The position numbers were made by a program, and so were the translations under genes. The notes below the pieces were generated by a model, which saw only the letters and a list, made by a program, of their open reading frames with translations, was not told the DNA's origin and searched no databases. This document shows positions 34,323 to 36,250 of a DNA stretch of 36,250 nt, piece after piece; position 1 is the stretch's first letter; the number at the start of each line of letters is the position of its first letter. The stretch covers positions 1 through 36,250 of the IMG/VR virus record IMGVR_UViG_3300047390_000028; one strand, given 5' to 3'. Source of the DNA: a virus (Duplodnaviria; Caudoviricetes).

Positions 34323-34895
34323 TTAATCGGTGAAGTATGTAACTGAGCCTTGCCATCCGTATGAGCTAGTTACAGCAGTACTGTTGTTATATCTGTACAT
34401 TAAAGCGGTGCTTGTATTTGAAACGACTGCAATTTGCCAAATTTCACCGGCCACTTGCGTTTCTCTGGCCGCACCGCACGCTTGCTGGTTAGCATTCGCG
34501 GACGCAAAAGGAAACCCGCCAATAGTGCTTACCGCCGTAACTGTCCCACCTGTAATTACGGCCTTAAATGTAATAGTTACTTGTTTTCCAATTTTTACAT
34601 AGCTACCAAAGCAACTTTGAGATGTTATGGTTCCGGTAGCTGGGGTCAAGACAGGTGTCCAAGTCCCCTCCTCATAATCATCCAGCGTGTTTGCGTCAGC
34701 GCTTGTGACTTGAGTAGCTGGAAAGGCAATGCCGTTCAGTGACGGGGTTGTGCCAGACGCCACGACAGTGCCCGTGCTATCCGGCAGCGTCAGCGTCCTG
34801 TTCGTATTGGTCGCAGGTGGCACGATGGTGATGATGCCAGTCCCGCTTTGGGACAACATCTCAATCTGGCTTGCTGCAAGTGTTCCGTTAGCCAT
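34323..34895 (-). CDS. Short fibre/adhesin-like protein
   Basis: RTLTLPDSTGT stalk, ANTLDDYEEGTWTP, YVKIGKQV beta-sandwich head. Confidence 0.75.
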   Translation of the reverse strand: MANGTLAASQIEMLSQSGTGIITIVPPATNTNRTLTLPDSTGTVVASGTTPSLNGIAFPATQVTSADANTLDDYEEGTWTPVLTPATGTITSQSCFGSYVKIGKQVTITFKAVITGGTVTAVSTIGGFPFASANANQQACGAARETQVAGEIWQIAVVSNTSTALMYRYNNSTAVTSSYGWQGSVTYFTD

Positions 34896-35002
34896 TACAT
34901 TGCCTCCATGCGGTTCTTGAACCCGAAGCCCGTGGCAGCGGTGTTCTGTACGCTGCTGTCGTTGAAGGTGATGCCACCTGTTCCGCTGATTGATACGGTC
35001 AT
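34895..35002 (-). pseudogene. Truncated fibre-gene remnant (35 aa)
   Basis: MTVSISGTGGITFNDSSVQNTAATGFGFKNRMEAM*; stops just after FKNR, where such proteins normally continue (…KNRIING…). Confidence 0.55.
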
Positions 35003-35160
35003 GCTAGTTGCTCCTCAGTGGGTCGTGCCAGGGTCGGGTGATCCCAAGCGGCAATGTAGTCACCCTTGCCGTCAGAGTCGTTCTGCAAGCGGATGGTGGT
35101 TGTGAAGTCTTGCTGAGTCAGCGCAGGGTACAGCGCCATGATCTTGTCGTAGAGGGTCAT
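34999..35160 (-). CDS. XkdW-like small partner protein
   Basis: Not in track; MTLYDKIMALYPAL...LQNDSDGKGDYIAAWDHPTLARPTEEQLA; ATGA-coupled. Confidence 0.7.
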   Translation of the reverse strand: MTLYDKIMALYPALTQQDFTTTIRLQNDSDGKGDYIAAWDHPTLARPTEEQLA

Positions 35161-35720
35161 ACCGCGCTCCTAATCATCGCCGCTTGGAAATATGTTGTAT
35201 TACCGCTTGCGCTAATATTCATAGCAGAACCTGATGCTTGATAGACATACTGCTCCAAATAATCTGTTGAGCCGTTCATATAAACTATTGCAGAACAAAC
35301 AGAAGTTATTCCAACAGCACCAGCACAAGCCACAATGTTTTGATTTAAAACTGCACCATTTTTGTAAATATTAGAAATAAATTGACCAGTTGCGCCGCCA
35401 GTTCCATCACGAACACTTGCAATTACTTGATAATAGCCAGCAACAGTAGGGGTAAAACGGCTAGAGGCAAAATTGCTATTAGTATCGTAAGCCTCTGTAT
35501 CTAGAGTAACTTTTGTAAAAGTAGCCGTAGAAATTGATTGTGTTGTGCTGTTAGAGGCGCTGAACGCTGGCCCGTTGACAGGCACACCAGCCGTAGCGGT
35601 GGATAGCACAGTGCCAGTAGCATCAGGCAGCGTCAGTGTGCGATCTGAGTTTGTGATGGGTGCTAACAGGGTGACCGTACCCGTGCCGGTAGCGCCCCCT
35701 TGAACGGCTAATAAACTCAT
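35157..35720 (-). CDS. Short fibre with C1q/TNF-like head domain
   Basis: RTLTLPDATGT stalk; GPAFSA...FTKV...DTNSNF...RFTPTVAGYYQV...IYKNG...VYMNGSTDYLE. Confidence 0.75.
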   Translation of the reverse strand: MSLLAVQGGATGTGTVTLLAPITNSDRTLTLPDATGTVLSTATAGVPVNGPAFSASNSTTQSISTATFTKVTLDTEAYDTNSNFASSRFTPTVAGYYQVIASVRDGTGGATGQFISNIYKNGAVLNQNIVACAGAVGITSVCSAIVYMNGSTDYLEQYVYQASGSAMNISASGNTTYFQAAMIRSAV

Positions 35721-35956
35721 GCTGCCTCCAGTGCGGTGATGATTGTCTTCAGTGCAGCCACATCAGCAGCAGCGTCAACAGCGGTCTGCATGTCAGCGTA
35801 CTTGGTACGGATGGCAGCACGGGCAGCTTCAGCGGCTACGGCCTCAGACGGGATGGTGGCCTTGATGTCCAGCGGTGCAAACTCAGCAGCACGGGCTGTT
35901 CTACGCGCATCATGCGTGATGGCCTTGGCCTTGGTCAGGTCGATTACGATGCCCAT
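35717..35956 (-). CDS. Ala-rich fibre partner protein
   Basis: MGIVIDLTKAKAITHDARRTARAAEFAPLD...; track start is 35962. Confidence 0.7.
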   Translation of the reverse strand: MGIVIDLTKAKAITHDARRTARAAEFAPLDIKATIPSEAVAAEAARAAIRTKYADMQTAVDAAADVAALKTIITALEAA

Positions 35957-36120
35957 GTCCATGCTCCTCTGAATGTGCGGTCTTCTGGAATGTCTGCTGT
36001 GTCCACGATGGCGTACTCAGCGCCCTCGGGAATGTCTTTCATGCAGGCTTCAATGGTGTCTGCGGGGATGATTACCGCTACACCGCCGTCTGGGGTTTTG
36101 TAGATTATGCGTTGAGTCAT
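35944..36120 (-). CDS. Small fibre partner protein
   Basis: Not in track; MTQRIIYKTPDGGVAVIIP...KDIPEG...IPEDRTFRGAWTWAS. Confidence 0.7.
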   Translation of the reverse strand: MTQRIIYKTPDGGVAVIIPADTIEACMKDIPEGAEYAIVDTADIPEDRTFRGAWTWAS

Positions 36121-36129
36121 AATGTTCTT

Positions 36130-36250
36130 TCAGCGGAATACGGCGACATTAAAAGTAGCTGTATCTTGATAAGCTGTGCCGAAAATATTGTAAGTAGCAA
36201 CACCAATTGAAGATGTAGTTGTAGTACCAGTTCGTATAAATGTTGTACCA
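36130..36250 (-). CDS. 3' end of a fibre/adhesin-like gene (enters from window end)
   Basis: ...GTTFIRTGTTTTSSIGVATYNIFGTAYQDTATFNVAVFR*, stop at 36130-36132. Confidence 0.65.
   Translation of the reverse strand, partial: GTTFIRTGTTTTSSIGVATYNIFGTAYQDTATFNVAVFR

Noticed and set aside
34062-36250. Diversity-generating retroelement acting on fibre heads
   Set aside because: No reverse transcriptase and no near-identical template/variable repeat pair with adenine-specific mismatches seen.

Overview
The window is a near-complete (probably circularly permuted) genome of a small tailed dsDNA phage with podovirus-like morphogenesis genes (no tape measure or sheath genes seen). It has four transcription blocks. 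(1) A late block on the minus strand runs terS-terL-portal-collagen fibre, apparently wraps round the window ends, and continues through a cassette array of short fibre/partner genes, a membrane-protein cluster, scaffold, P22-type capsid, small basic proteins, adaptor/nozzle, injection proteins, holin and an M15 endolysin. (2) An early plus-strand operon of tiny genes lies at 6351-9540. (3) A minus-strand replication operon encodes a Cas4-like nuclease, SSB, family A DNA polymerase and primase-helicase. (4) A plus-strand operon encodes VRR-NUC, an SNF2-like helicase and small genes. No integrase, tRNA, CRISPR array or reverse transcriptase was recognised. The most notable items are a mirror-symmetric ~280 bp TAGTCA/TGACTA repeat element with an exact 17 bp satellite copy in the terminase promoter, a T4 holin-T-like (TM + GAF-like) protein in a second membrane cluster, a swappable fibre-cassette array with a deletion remnant, and a chain of lysine-rich micro-proteins with near-identical gene junctions. 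All family assignments are by eye from motifs and synteny; no searches were run.
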